Shown here: in pieces, positions 39,718 to 52,721 of the stretch
How the letters are laid out: each line of letters opens with the position of its first letter
Numbering within the stretch: the stretch's first letter is position 1
From: Azolla caroliniana
Taxonomy: Eukaryota > Plantae > Polypodiophyta
Direction: 5' to 3'
Length of the DNA stretch: 64,000 bases
Assembly (NCBI GenBank): GCA_043228905.1
Contig: JBHGNT010000004.1
Span: 23,994,001-24,058,000 of the forward strand
The notes under the pieces: model-generated
Seen by the model: only the letters and a program-made list of their open reading frames with translations
What the model was told of the DNA's origin: nothing
The model's database searches: none
Translations under genes and position numbers: made by a program

Positions 39718-42700
39718 TCAAGGATCTGGCACTTCATTCAACAAATGAATCATGTTTTCATCTTCCTCGTCAATGCAATCATCGTCATCCTCCATCTCTT
39801 GAACTGCCTGCAGTGGTTCATTAAAAGAGAAACTAGGTCCACCACTAAGAGGTCGTTGTATTTCCATTGAATTTATCTTGTTCCAATCTTCCTCTGAGAG
39901 TTTCCAGTCTAATATATCAAAATTTGATTTGATCCTCTCAGGGTGAAGGCTGCAAGGAAGCACACTTGTGCCCCGTTGTAATCCCCATCTCAAAATAACC
40001 TACAATGCTATAATGTTCAGTCAATCATACTATTCAAAACAAAGATATAACGAACCAACTTGCAAATCTTTTGTTAAATGATAATGAATGTAGATCAATA
40101 GATGGAACTTGAAGACAGTCCTGCAGTTTGAACAAAATAGATTTTCTATTATACTTTTTTGAACAGATTGTTAATCAGATCTTCCATTTGAAGGCCATCA
40201 CGAGAAATAGTTTCTACATGTAACATCATGCCTTGTATTTATTAACAAAAATGTTGCTATTGTTCTAAGACTGGATACATGTACATAATACTTGGTCAAT
40301 GCCAATCTTCTCAAGTACTCATCTACTTGGTGTTCACCTGATTGAAAAAAATCATTGCATTTCAACATTGGACATATTCCACGCATCCATGCTCAATGTT
40401 CAACTGATTGAGAGAAACTGTGATGTTTCATCATAGATAGTTCCCTCTTTTAGATCAATATTTTGGCCCCTGTATTCACTTGGGTGTCTTGAGAGAACCT
40501 CTTCCCACACTTTTGTGCTATTGCCATTTACTAGAAGATTGATACTCAACAGTTCAATCAATGTGATCGTGAAAATGTGAATAGAAATCAATGCCTTACA
40601 CAAGCAAGCACTATTGTCATGTGCAAGAAGATTGGTGCTCACCAGTTCAGTCAATCTGATCCTGAAAATGTGAATGGCAATCAGTGCCTCCACCACAAGC
40701 AAGCACCTGACTTCACCTTGACTATCTCACACCAATCTTGTGAATGGAAATTCATGCCTCCCTTGATTATCTTACACTGACCTGAACTGAACAACAGTTC
40801 ATCATGAACTTAACCCCTGTCTTATGTACAGGGGGAAATTAATCCAGAAATATGGTTCATCATCAATGATCATAAAAAATGCAGTTCAATAGACATAGTA
40901 ATGAGTCTGAAATGGGGATCTCTAGGCAAATGCGGAACTCTTAAAGGAGAGATTCATGCCACAATAACGCAAATAAAGGCCAGTACCAAAAAGATTACCC
41001 ATGAGAATTGGTCTTTAGGGCATAGGAAAAAGCCTCATGTGACATCCGGGATCAAATAGCAAGTGGTGCATCATTAAGGTGGTACTCAGTAGTATTGCAC
41101 TGATTGTGGGATATGTACACACTAGGGTGGAACTGCTGAGGTTTTGGACGAAGGTATGATAGAGGAACACAAAGGGATGCTTACCATATTTAGACAGTAA
41201 TTCATCGCGCGATCCTCAAATATGTTCTAGAAAGCTCACAATTACAATAATGGAGGTGAAATAATAACTTGAGACATGGTGTGCATGCTTCCACTACCCA
41301 TAGTCGATCCCTTTGCCCAATTTACTCTTGCCTATCACAAGCTGTAAAATTGGCTCCGTTTAGCCACAGTGCAAACAGTTGGCTTGCTGAAAGACTAAAG
41401 CATCACGACAGCAGTGATGGCCAGAAGTAAAGTCGTTCATATTGCATCATGCTACTTTTGAGCATATCAACTCATCTTGTAGTACACGAGGATTTACCTC
41501 TATGAGAGCACAAAAGACAGGTATATAACATTCAAAGATGACGGTAACAAGGGGCTTTCTGGAGGACATGCTCATGAAAATGGATTAGTAAGGGAGTTGA
41601 GAGAAAATACCTAGGTATATTGAACTTAACTTTTTCTTAAGAAGTCCTAGCTCAATCAAGAACTTGTGAGTCAGCAGTTCAGGTGAACCTGACCTACATG
41701 CACGGAAAATTGCTGCCTCTCAATAATATTGTAAGCATATTTCCACAGTTGTGATTGAAACCCTACAGCTGCCCTTCATTGACCTCTAAGGAGGGGAGGT
41801 TTGATTGTACTGAGGAAGGTTGTGAGAGTTCTTTGCTGATGTGGTCTCATAACCAGTGGGTTTTTTGCAACTGCTTCTCTATGAGTCTTGATTTCCGGCA
41901 AGAATAGTCCGACACATCATATGTCTTATTCCATTACATTGCAAATGGAACCAAAGCCTCATGTCTTCACTTCTTTCATAATAAAATACAATACCAAACA
42001 TAGTTCCTATTTGACTATAATCAAAGACTTGTTTGAGATGATACTTTATTCACATGCTTTAGGAAACACCATATAATATGACAGACTCTTCTTTGGGTTT
42101 TTAGAGTAAAAACATCTCCGATTGATTTAGATATACTACAACTAAATTATTATATCATTCTCTTTTACTCTGAAATGCTTCATCTTCTTTCACATCAAAT
42201 AATACTCTTTCAATAACGTTGAAACCGCATCCTAGTAGAATCCAAGAAAGACAGCAACAATTTCTCGGAGCACCCAAAAAAATATCAAAGTGCAAGCAGC
42301 CATGATAGAGTTACAAATATATAGACTTTTTAAACTTGAGATCACTATGTTATGCAGCCTCATTATTCTAGAACCTCCATATATGCTGTTTTTGCAAGAA
42401 ATAAAGACTTCCCATGTGAGGATCCACAAGCTTTACTACAAGCATTCAGAAAGACCCTCAAAGTTCACATCAAAAGTGTCAACTTCAACAAATGGCAGCT
42501 ATTGAATATTTAGGAGGAGAAATAGTCTAAGTGTATTCTGCATTTTCACTATTGAGAACTGTAAATTCGTGAAACAAAACCCATGGATGGTTTAACTATG
42601 ATTATCATTATAAATATCACAATAGCATAGAAAAAATCATTTGAAAACATACCTGAGCAGAAGTTTTATTGAGCCTCTCTGCAATATCTTCAACAGCTGA

Positions 42701-43992
42701 CGTGGTCAGCAGGGGTATATAGCCAGAGTGTAACCTTCGGTAAACAAGAGGAAGGCTTTGCGATGATAAATCTTGCATACCACCAAATGAATCGTCATTT
42801 ATGCTACTTTCAGGACGCACACCAAGAGGAGTATGAGCTGAAACATGGATACCCTTTGATTGACAAAACTTCACTAACTCATCTTGGCGCCACAAAGGAT
42901 GCAATTCTACCTAATTAAGAAGCATGATAGCTATATTTTAGATGAGGATAATTGAAATCAACCCAAAAGATGCATCATCAGTATATTTGCTAGAAGAGTA
43001 TCCCTTGACAAGGCTTCCCTAGCTCATCTTGGAACCACAAAGGATGCAAGTCTACTTATTTATGAAGCACCATAGCCATATTTTAGATCAGAATAATTGA
43101 ATCAATCGAAAACGATGTACAAGAGTTTTTTTTGGACATTCCCCCCAGTAGAAATAAAGCATGCTTTCCTTTCACAATGTTTCCCCTAGACTGTTTTCAC
43201 AACGTATCAAGGGACGGGGGAGAGGGAGGGGAGGAGGCTCTCAGTTCTTCATATTTCCTTTAAGTGAAAGAAAAGCAAAACATGAGAACTCAGTATATTC
43301 AAGTTTGACATGTGCAAGAATTATACCAAGGTGAGATTACTCAAAAACATTAAACAGCTACAGTATGCGACTAATTTTAATTGAACAGAAAACATAAAAG
43401 ATCAAAATATTCATACCTGATTGACTGCAGGCATAATTTTGGCAAACTGAAGAAGTTGTTGAACTTGCGAAAGGCTGAAGTTGCTGACTCCGATTGCACG
43501 AACAAGCCCTTTCTCCATCAATCGTTCCATGGCACGCCAGACCTCCTCGACACGAGGCGAAAACTTCTGTTCCTTGGAGACAGGTTCCGTGGCATCGAAG
43601 AAGTGTGCAGAGCTTGGCCAATGTATAAGAAAAAGATCCAAATAAGACAAGTTAAGATTCTTCAACGAAACCTTGACTGCGGATTCCACTCTTTTAGGGG
43701 CCATTCCAGAGCAGAGGATCTTGGAAGTGACAAAGAGATGTTCTCTTTTCAACGTTCCCTGATGTGGATTTATGAGGGCCTCTAAGAGAGCTTTCCCTAC
43801 CTCCTCTTCACTTCCATAGAGATGGGCACAGTCTAGATGACGATACCCTGCCTCTAACGCGACTTTGACCGCGTTTTTGCAAAGATCTCCATCACCAGTC
43901 TGCCATGTCCCAAGCCCTAATGCAGGGATCCTAGCCCCAGTGTTCAGAAGGAAGCCCAATTTCTGTTCATCATCATTGTTAAGCCGAACCAT
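39718..43992 (-). CDS. Aldo-keto reductase (AKR4C / aldose-reductase-like); exons 43992-43417, 42910-42653, 39999-39718
   Basis: IPALGLGTWQ, GYRHLDCAHLYG, FVTSK, YLDLFLIHWP, AIGVSNFS, NQVELHP, AQVILRWGLQRG; catalytic D/Y/K/H tetrad present. Confidence 0.92.
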
Positions 43993-44523
43993 GCTAGAAG
44001 AAGAGGATCAGCCGACTATGGAAGGTCGAGAAAAGGTAGTGTTGATTGATCAACGAAGCTCTCATGGCTTCTTGGTTTTGTTCTTTGTGATCAGATGGAG
44101 GGAGGAGTCAGGGCAGGGCATGACGATGATGATGGCATGGGCCTATGGAAGTCAAGGACAAACGTGCCATGCATGGTATGGTGTCTTGTCCGACCTCTGA
44201 ACCTGTCAAACTTAGTATGCGGAGAGAGATCCTTTTCACACCTTGGGGCCTCCCCTCCTCCTCCTCCTCCTCCTGCTCCTGCTCCTGCTGCCTCGGAAAC
44301 ACCTGCATAGCCCCGCGACCCCTACCTAGCCCCCAGGGATCTTCGTAACACTCCCAAGCAATTAGGGCAATCCACATGTAAAATACAACAGACGGCATAG
44401 CACACCATGTGGAGAAGTGTTTGCCTGTCACAACACACCCCGATATGTTCCAGAGGCATATGGTACAACACTCTGCGTATTCTCATTCCCAAGCAATAGA
44501 GCAATGCACGAGCAAATGAAAAA

Positions 44524-44695
44524 CAACGAGAAGTTGGCAGCACGCAGAGAAAGCTTTGTCCGTCCCAACACACCACTATTCATCTTGAGCAATGGGGCAA
44601 CACCAACACACACATTCCCAACCACATTGCTCGGGATGAATAGTGGTGTGTTGGGATAGACAAAGCTTTCTCTATGTGTTGCCAACTTCTCGTTG
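44524..44695. repeat. Inverted repeat with 71-bp arms and a 30-nt loop, inside a modular repeat
   Basis: 44524-44594 versus the reverse complement of 44625-44695 differ at 7 positions, all transitions. Confidence 0.9.
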
Positions 44696-45181
44696 TCATT
44701 CATCTTGAGTAATGGGGCAACACAAACACACACAACCCCCAAGCAATGAGACAAGCTCCACCCTATAGAAAAAGCTTGTCTCTCCCAACACACTACTACA
44801 TTCGTGAGTAATGGAGCAACATCTTAGTAGTTGAGAAATAGAAGCATGGAGTACAAAAAGCTTGCCACGCACTACTTTCACCTTTTCCTATATACACGAT
44901 TTTAGAATGTAGTGGCCACATGATAGTTCCATCCAACCATTGACTAACTCGAGGGTGGTTTATTCCTCTCTTATATAGGTGATTGATCTCTAAATTTTGT
45001 TTGCTAAATGATAGAAGCCTATCTCACACTAGACAAGTGACTTTGACCTTTCACTAATCCCTCCTAAACCATATCATCCATGTGAACGTATAACTAGCTA
45101 GCATATGTATGACAAACTAATATGACAAAGCATTTTTATTAACTTGAGGTTATTTAATGGTCATGATAGCGTCTATCCAAC

Positions 45182-45928
45182 TCATCTTGATATGTGAATC
45201 CTCACTTGAGCGTTTGTAACCCATCTTTGTGAAATCGAATGTGGATTATGTGGCTTGTGATTGTAAATATGGACCTTTTGAATCGAGGTCCTACGAGGAG
45301 TGGAAAAGTCTCAAACATATTCTTATTGTGGCTTCCATATCATTGATTATAACCTAACATTATCAACACATTTGTTGTTGGCAAGGTGTAACATGTCTAC
45401 CTTAGTTTTGTGGGTCTATGTCGCTTTCAACAAACCCATGTCCTAATTGTGTTATGCTCTCCATGTAGAGCCTAACCTAAACGATCACAATTTGTAACCT
45501 ATTGTTCCATGCACCTAGAGTGTTTATACATCAACATGTTCACATACATAAGCTCATTCCTAGGATTTAAGAGCATGTTGTTTCTTGGGTGTCGCCACAA
45601 GTAAATAGGAATGGAGAACCTCACATGGAAAGTCATAATATTGATCATTGTAAGGAAACATGAGGAAAATTGGCATCGAGATGGCCACAAGGTTTTCTAG
45701 ATTATAGCTTTTCCTTGTTTGTCATGTCTACCATGCACACAAACTTGCATCCTTGTGATGTCAATAGTAATGTAGTAATGCCAATGTCATTGAAAAATGT
45801 GACTCAATGTGAAGCATATGGTACATACTTAATATCAACTTGTTGCTAATAAATTGATAATTGCATCGTAGCAACCGGGATTCATTGCCATGCATATAAA
45901 TGAGAATACTTCCCTGAGAACCAAAGTC
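45182..45928. repeat. ~0.75-kb dispersed direct repeat, copy 1 (copy 2 at ~49820-50548)
   Basis: Long shared blocks such as cccatctttgtgaaatcgaatgtggattatg...ccaaagtc. Confidence 0.85.
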
Positions 45929-46633
45929 CACGAGAAACAAGTTATATTCCCAACATATGGGACATGTTGGTGACATATATTGGTCATAAAACTAGTTGGG
46001 ATAGTGTGGGTGGGAAGGAAAGTGTAGAGAAGATATCCACAAACATCGAAAATAATGTGGTAATAAGACAAATTATCACTTGGTAAAGATAAAAGTGAAA
46101 GCATTGTCTTAACATACCACCAAGAGTCTTTAGACATTTCCCACACTCTCCTAAGAATCGTTGAATGCTAGAACACTAAATATGTTGCAATGCCAACACA
46201 CACACACACACACACACAAGCAATGGGAGCTTCATCATTCCACATAAATGCATGCACACAACTCACGAAAGAGACCAAAAGAGCGATTCAGCTCTTGGAT
46301 CATGAACTAACGTCTCTCACGAAAGAGAGCAAATGAGCGAAGCTCTCGGATCACGTACTAACGTTGGCTACGACAAAACACTAGGTAACCTCTCAACCTT
46401 CATCTCAACATAACACGCAAATACAAGGAAGAGATAATTAAGTAGGCATTACACAATCCAATTAGAGTTAATATCCATTATAATGGGTGGGATGGAAATT
46501 TTAAGTTTACAAGATTTGAAAGAAATTCGGGTTTTTTCTGGTTTTATTTGGGAACAACGTTGAGCTCAAAGAAAAAGCAGTAAAGCACAAGGCAGCCCAT
46601 CATCTAATTCCAAGAGTGCTCCCTGATACGGCA

Positions 46634-46820
46634 TCATGATCGGGGGCGGGGCGGCAGTGGTGGATAATTGTACTCTGCAGGGCGGGGCGGAAGTGGTGGA
46701 TAATTGTACTCTGCAGGGCGGGGCGGCAGCTGTGGATAATTGTAATCTGTAACACAAGATCCAGCAATAACTTTACAAAGTACGACAAATTTCTTCAACA
46801 TGAACCGAGCCATTCAATCA

Positions 46821-46858
<38 letters not shown>

Positions 46859-47072
46859 ATAGGGTTAAATTTTTCAAATTACCTGCTTGCTGTTGTGAGT
46901 ACCCTCCATCATGATGATGCTCATGATCACCATGGCGATGACGACGAAGACGACGACGAGGATATTGATGAATCTCATGATCACCACCATCATCATCATC
47001 ATGCCCATCACGACCTTTGCCGTTGCGCTTAATAACTCTTTTTAAAACAAAGAGAATAGCTAAGACAGACAT
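46634..47072 (-). CDS. Candidate orphan two-exon gene, 100 aa, with 3 x [DE]YNYPxLPPRP; exons 47072-46883 and 46746-46634
   Basis: Strong splice sites (CAG/GTAATT, TGTGTTACAG/). Three 36-nt repeats whose differences include synonymous third-position changes in this frame. CT-rich 5' UTR-like region upstream. Confidence 0.6.
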
Positions 47073-48720
47073 GTGAAAGAATCAGAATTGAAAGAGAATT
47101 TAATATAATGGCGGACGAGAAAGCTTCAGATCCGTGCAAAGAAAGAGGAAGAGGAAGGCCTGCAGAAAACCCCCGGCTTCTTTCACAGTTGTAGTGGGAT
47201 CGAGAATTTGCAGAAGAACACGTACAAAAAAACACAGAGCGAGAGATAGAGAGATGGGATTTGGAGAGAGAATCAGTGGGCACACATATAGGCAACGAAA
47301 ATGAACGCGTCAAAGAGACGCGAAGAATTCAAACAATCTCGCGGTCTCGTAAACGTGAAAGACCATCATCTCTTTATATTTTTCTTTATTCTCACGAATG
47401 CCCCTCCTCGTTCCTTCTTTGAATTTCCACATCTGCCCCTGCCCAACTCTCACTACCTTTCTCTGATGAGCTTTACCACCTCTCTAATGGGGGGGGGGGG
47501 GGGGGGGGCTCTCGCCATGAGGACAATATGGATATGGGTTTCGAAAACCTTAGTTCAATAGTCCAACTCGGTTCTTGACCCTATCCTCCCTTTGTAATGT
47601 TGTTCTGGTAAGCATTTTGGTTTTGTCATCGCGATCTCCAAAAAGTTGACACAACCATGGACTTATTCTGAAAATGCACGGACAAATTTTAAGTCTAATG
47701 AATTTAAAACCTTACCCTTCACGACGATGAAATGCGATCAAGATTTCCTCATGAAATCCACACATTGGCACTATCTAAACTCCATGAGAACTAATGAATG
47801 GCTTAATTTGTGATGAGTCGCCATGATTAATGGTTTTTGTGCAAAATTCATCCACCATCTCCTAAGCCACATTACCTCGAACACATCATGATCAACAATT
47901 TGGCATAAACCCCCCTTTAGGAGTGTATAGGGTTCCATTCATTGTTTAAAGAAAACCTAAGGTGGTATGCCATTAGTGTTAGGGCATTAATTATCATTTC
48001 CACTCATTGTCCATGTGCAAGGTTGTTGTGCGCCTTGTTTTAGCACTACTCTAGATACTAGTGTGTGTGATCTCAAAGTAAAGTGCTTGTTGTGTTGGAC
48101 TCATTGTCTTTATCACCATGTAGATATGTTATTAGCACCAGTAAGGCTAAGCTCTCTTCTTTGGATCCCTTATTCAACATCCAAGGTATAACATAAAAGC
48201 GATATATTGGTGGGATGGGACTCTAATGATATTTTATTTACATCTCATGTCCTTCATTTGGGGGTGGTCGATGTGGTTAATCACCCGTAATCTATTATTC
48301 TCCAAAATATCTAGTTATTTTGCTCATCATCAATTCAATCCATAGTAATGATAACATATTATTGCCTATAAAGTTACATCTAGTGTACACATGTACATAT
48401 GGTAAACTTCTTGTGTATAATAGGTAAACGTGTAGTTTTTCAACTCGTGCCTCACAATCTTGAGATTGCGGGTTCAAGTTTGTAGAAATGTTTTGTTCAT
48501 TACGGAACGTCTTCGTGTCTTACTCATCCTAAAGTGGGGTTTAGACTAGATGGTGCCCATTATATGTTCAAGCTTATGTGGCATAGGAGATGGTAGACAA
48601 TTTTGCATAAAATTCATTAAATAAATAGAATATCTACAAAAGTCATTCATTACTCATGGAGTTCACACCAACAACGAAAACTACATTTTGTTTTCATCAT
48701 ATAGAATTTTAAATTGTCTT

Positions 48721-48751
<31 letters not shown>

Positions 48752-49069
48752 GGCATTCTATGTGGAGTTCCATTCAATAATTGTGAATTTTCTATTTTTT
48801 TGGTACTCAATATTGCAAGATGATTGGGATATGTGCAACGCTCTCACGTTTGACCGTAGACATAGAGTTGAAGCATGTCTACAAAAGTTGAAGGGAGTAT
48901 TCGGTTTTGTTAGAGAATGGAAAATTGTCTCTTCAACAAATTGCTCTAATGTTGCCTATTGGTTGTTCAACATGTCCCATCACCCATGTAACATCGACAC
49001 TAAATTAGTTTCAATAGCATTGTATGACCTCCTAGTCACCATTGGGCAACCTTACCAACTAAACGACAT

Positions 49070-49610
49070 CTCTTTCTCTCTCTCCCACTTGGTAAAAGCA
49101 CACAATTATATTAATTGTATGTAAAACACACTCTAACAACTTTTTAGTGATTGTCTCTCTACCTTGGTAGGCAAAGGGACATCTTGTAAAGCCATTAGGA
49201 AACTTGAATTTGCACTTAGAGGAAATGATCCCCACATGCTCTAACATCTAGAAATTCCACACAAGAATGCCTTTCAACTGAATCTTCAATGAAGCTTTTG
49301 CAGCATGTCTTGCATCGAACATGAAAGCATTATGCACATTCAAAGGTGTTGCAATCCCCAACACGCACACACGCACACGCACACACACACACAGAATCAG
49401 TCCACGATCGAGATGGTCTTGTCGACTTTTTGGAGATCATGAGGACAAAATAACTGTATCAAAACAACATTACAGTAAGGGGAACAAATTTTGTAACCTG
49501 TAGTGTTATGATGAGTGGCACGTGCCACATGTAGCAAAGGAACGTGGAACAAAGGTATCGAAACCCATATAGGCCTCGTGTCAAGAGAGCATGCATGATA
49601 ACACCCACAA
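49070..49610 (-). mobile_element. Probable degenerate LINE 3'-end fragment, related to 54563-55090
   Basis: Aligns by eye with 54563-55090 and shares the terminus gtaaaagcacacaatt...aattgtat next to (CT)n. Confidence 0.55.
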
Positions 49611-49819
49611 GAAGTAAGCTCGGTAGAGAGATGTAGAGAGGAAGGGCATTTGTGGGATTAAAGAAGTCATGGAGGGGAGTGGGGGCATTTAGGAGAATAA
49701 GGAAACGCAGAAATTTCCTTAGAAGTATACATCGTCGTGTAGGCATTTGGTTTTCTTTCTTTTGCATCTTTTTTCCACGTTGTTTTTTCGCTATATAAAT
49801 GTGTCATGTGTCTATGACA

Positions 49820-50548
49820 TCATCTTGATGTCTTAATCCTCTCTTGAGCTTCTACCCATCTTTGTGAAATCGAATGTGGATTATGTGGCTTGTGATTGTA
49901 AATATGGGCCTTTTGAATCGAGGTCCTACGAGGAGTGGAAAAGTCTCAAACATATTCTTATTGTGGCTTCCATATCATTGATTATAACCTAACATTATCA
50001 AGACATTTGTTGTTGGCAAGGTGTAACATGTCTACCTCAGTGTTGTAGGTATATGTCACTTTCAACAAACCCAAGGCTCTCCATGTAGAGCCTAACCTAA
50101 ACACGCACAATTTGTAATCTATTGTTGCCATGCACCTAGAATGTTTATACATCAACATGTTCACATACATAAGCTCATTCGTAATGCTTAGGATTTTAGA
50201 GCATGTTGTTTATTGGGTCTCGCCACAAGTAAATAGGAGTGGAGAACCTCACATGGAAAGTCATAATATTGATCATTGTAAGGAAACATGAGGAAGATTG
50301 GCATCCAGGTGGCCACAAAGTTTTTAGATTATAGCTTTTCCTTGTTTGTCATCTCTACCATGCACACAAACTTTCAGCCTTATGATGTCAATAGTAATGT
50401 CAATTGCATTAAAAAATGTGACTCAATGTGAAGCATATGATACATACTCAATATTCACTTGTTGCTAATAAATTGATGATTGCATCATAGCAACCAGGAT
50501 TCATTGCTATGCATATAAATGAGAATGCTTCCTTGTGAACCAAAGTCA
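49820..50548. repeat. Dispersed direct repeat, copy 2, fused to a LINE fragment
   Basis: Matches 45182-45928; similarity stops at ccaaagtc, where LINE sequence begins. Confidence 0.85.
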
Positions 50549-52700
50549 TTTGACAACCCACATCAGAATTAATTACATTCCACCAATTTGCTTCAACCTT
50601 CATGTTTCCAAGCTTTATTTTGTTCTTCTCTATAAAATATGCCACCATTTCTGTCCAAGGTTGTACACCTTCAAACATAAATCGAATGAAAGTAAATCGG
50701 CGAGCCACCATATGCTCATATACATTTAATATTGATGCCCCGCCAAGACGCTTCGGAGTACAAACATGATCCCATGCCAACCACGACAAGGCACTTTTCC
50801 TTTTCTTTTGCATAACAACATTCGCATCGAGCGTGTCAATATTTCAAGAGCTTTCTTTGACCATGGGAGCAAAAGAAGATAATAAGATACCATAGTGACC
50901 ATAATCAATTGGACCACCTTAAGTCGTACATGAAAAGGCCAAATTTGAGACCTCCAATACATAAACTTATCCTCCAACCTTTTGGACACCCGCTCAATAA
51001 GTTTCATATGAGAAACTTCCACCCCAATTGGATATCCAAGGTGACGAAAAATCATACCACGATGTACTATCCTTCCTGACCACCCCAACTCCAACACATC
51101 TTGTTCTGTACATGAAATGAGGACATATTTATGTATATTAATTCTCAACCCTGAATCATTTGAAAACAATTCCCACACATCTCTTGTCTTACTAATATTT
51201 TCCCCATTAGGTGCCAAAAACATAATATGGTCATCTGCTAGAGCTTGAACAATACATGGCTTCCTTGATGGCAACCTTAGTCCAAGCAATTCTTCCTCCA
51301 TAGCCATATTGTGTAACTTAACAAGAATAGGATGTGTCACAATAGTGAATAGTAAAGGACTTACCGGGCATCCTTGTCTAACTGACCTCCGAATAGAAAT
51401 CGGTTGTGTTACTCCTCCATTAAACATCACATGTGAAACTGAACCCTCCCCTAATGTGTATATCAACTTAGACATACGATCACCAAAACCCATATGAGAC
51501 ATCAATTGATTTATAAACGACCAATCCACATTATCATAGGCTTTCTCGATATCCAATTGTAGCAACACCAATTCTTGCTTCGAATCCTTTGCATAGTCAA
51601 TTGCCATTTGAACATTTAAAATATTATGTAAAATGTCTCTTTTTGCTAAAAACCCATATTGAGCATTATGAATAATAGAAGGTAAAACCTTATGCAACCT
51701 ATTGGCTATCACTTTTGCAAAAATCTTGTACATTCCCCCCATCAATGAAATAGGCCTCCATTGAGCAAAGGAAGATGGAGAAGGCACCTTCGGCAAAAGT
51801 TTTATCAAACCAATCTTCCAAGAATGAGGCATTTCCCCTGATGTCCACACCTTCTGAAATAAAACCATAAAAGGCCCCTTTAACTTAGTCACATATTTCT
51901 TAAAGAGTTCATTTATTAATCCATCCCACCCAGGACTCTTATCATTGGCAAGATGTGACATGACATGTTCCACCTCATCCTCTGAAATATTAGCATCTAA
52001 TGATTGTGCCACATCATGCAATACATGATTTTTCACTCTATTAAAAAATACATCTCTATCCTTTTTAACATTATCATCGATACAAACTTGTACATCCAAC
52101 AATTGTGTATAATAGTCTATGCATTTCTTCACAATTTCTTGAGGATCGGAACACGTGATACCATTTTCCTCTAACCTTACCACATTATGTCGTGCATGTG
52201 ATTCATGAAGGTCATGAAAAAACTTATGTGATTGACAATTAGCATCATCCACTTCTTGTCCTAGACGATGTAGTCTAGTATGTTGATAATTTTTTTCCGT
52301 TAGATCATGCATCACAGAAATTAATACCTCTTGATATCCCAACAACTCTACATCCGTTGGCCAATAAGTTAACAATGAGTTGCATTTATCAAGCATAGAA
52401 GACTTAATTTCTTTCTCCTTTTAAAAGCATGGTGAATTAACTAGGATACTTGGAGTAGGTTGGATCAAATGTATGTAATGCATACTAAAGGATTTTTACT
52501 AGAGATTTTGGATATTTCATTGTCTTATGGGTCAATTATATTAGATCATTTCCCATTAAGTTTTGAATTCACTCACCACTCAATTAGAGCTTTTCATGAG
52601 TTTTTAGGAAAACCACCGTTGATTTTTAATTCATCATTTTTGGATCATGAGGTCTTCCATGCCTATATGTGTCAATTGATTGATGCATTTGCCTATCATG
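50549..52700 (-). mobile_element. L1/Tx1-like LINE copy 1: RT region (-) plus an inverted endonuclease-end fragment (+, ~52421-52700); 3' end lost
   Basis: KSPGWDG, WRPISLM, LDIEKAYD, VRQGCP, LADD on the minus strand. RLDQ...DHFP...FNSSFL on the plus strand. Confidence 0.88.
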
Positions 52701-52721
52701 CTCTCTCTCTCTCTCTCTCTC

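Noticed and set aside
46835-47032. Plus-strand His/Asp-rich ORF
   Set aside because: It starts inside a (TG)n tract and is the antisense read of the minus-strand exon; splice signals support the minus strand.
47488-48753. Two long poly-G runs as G-quadruplex elements
   Set aside because: Simple homopolymers are common in such genomes and their lengths are unreliable in assemblies.
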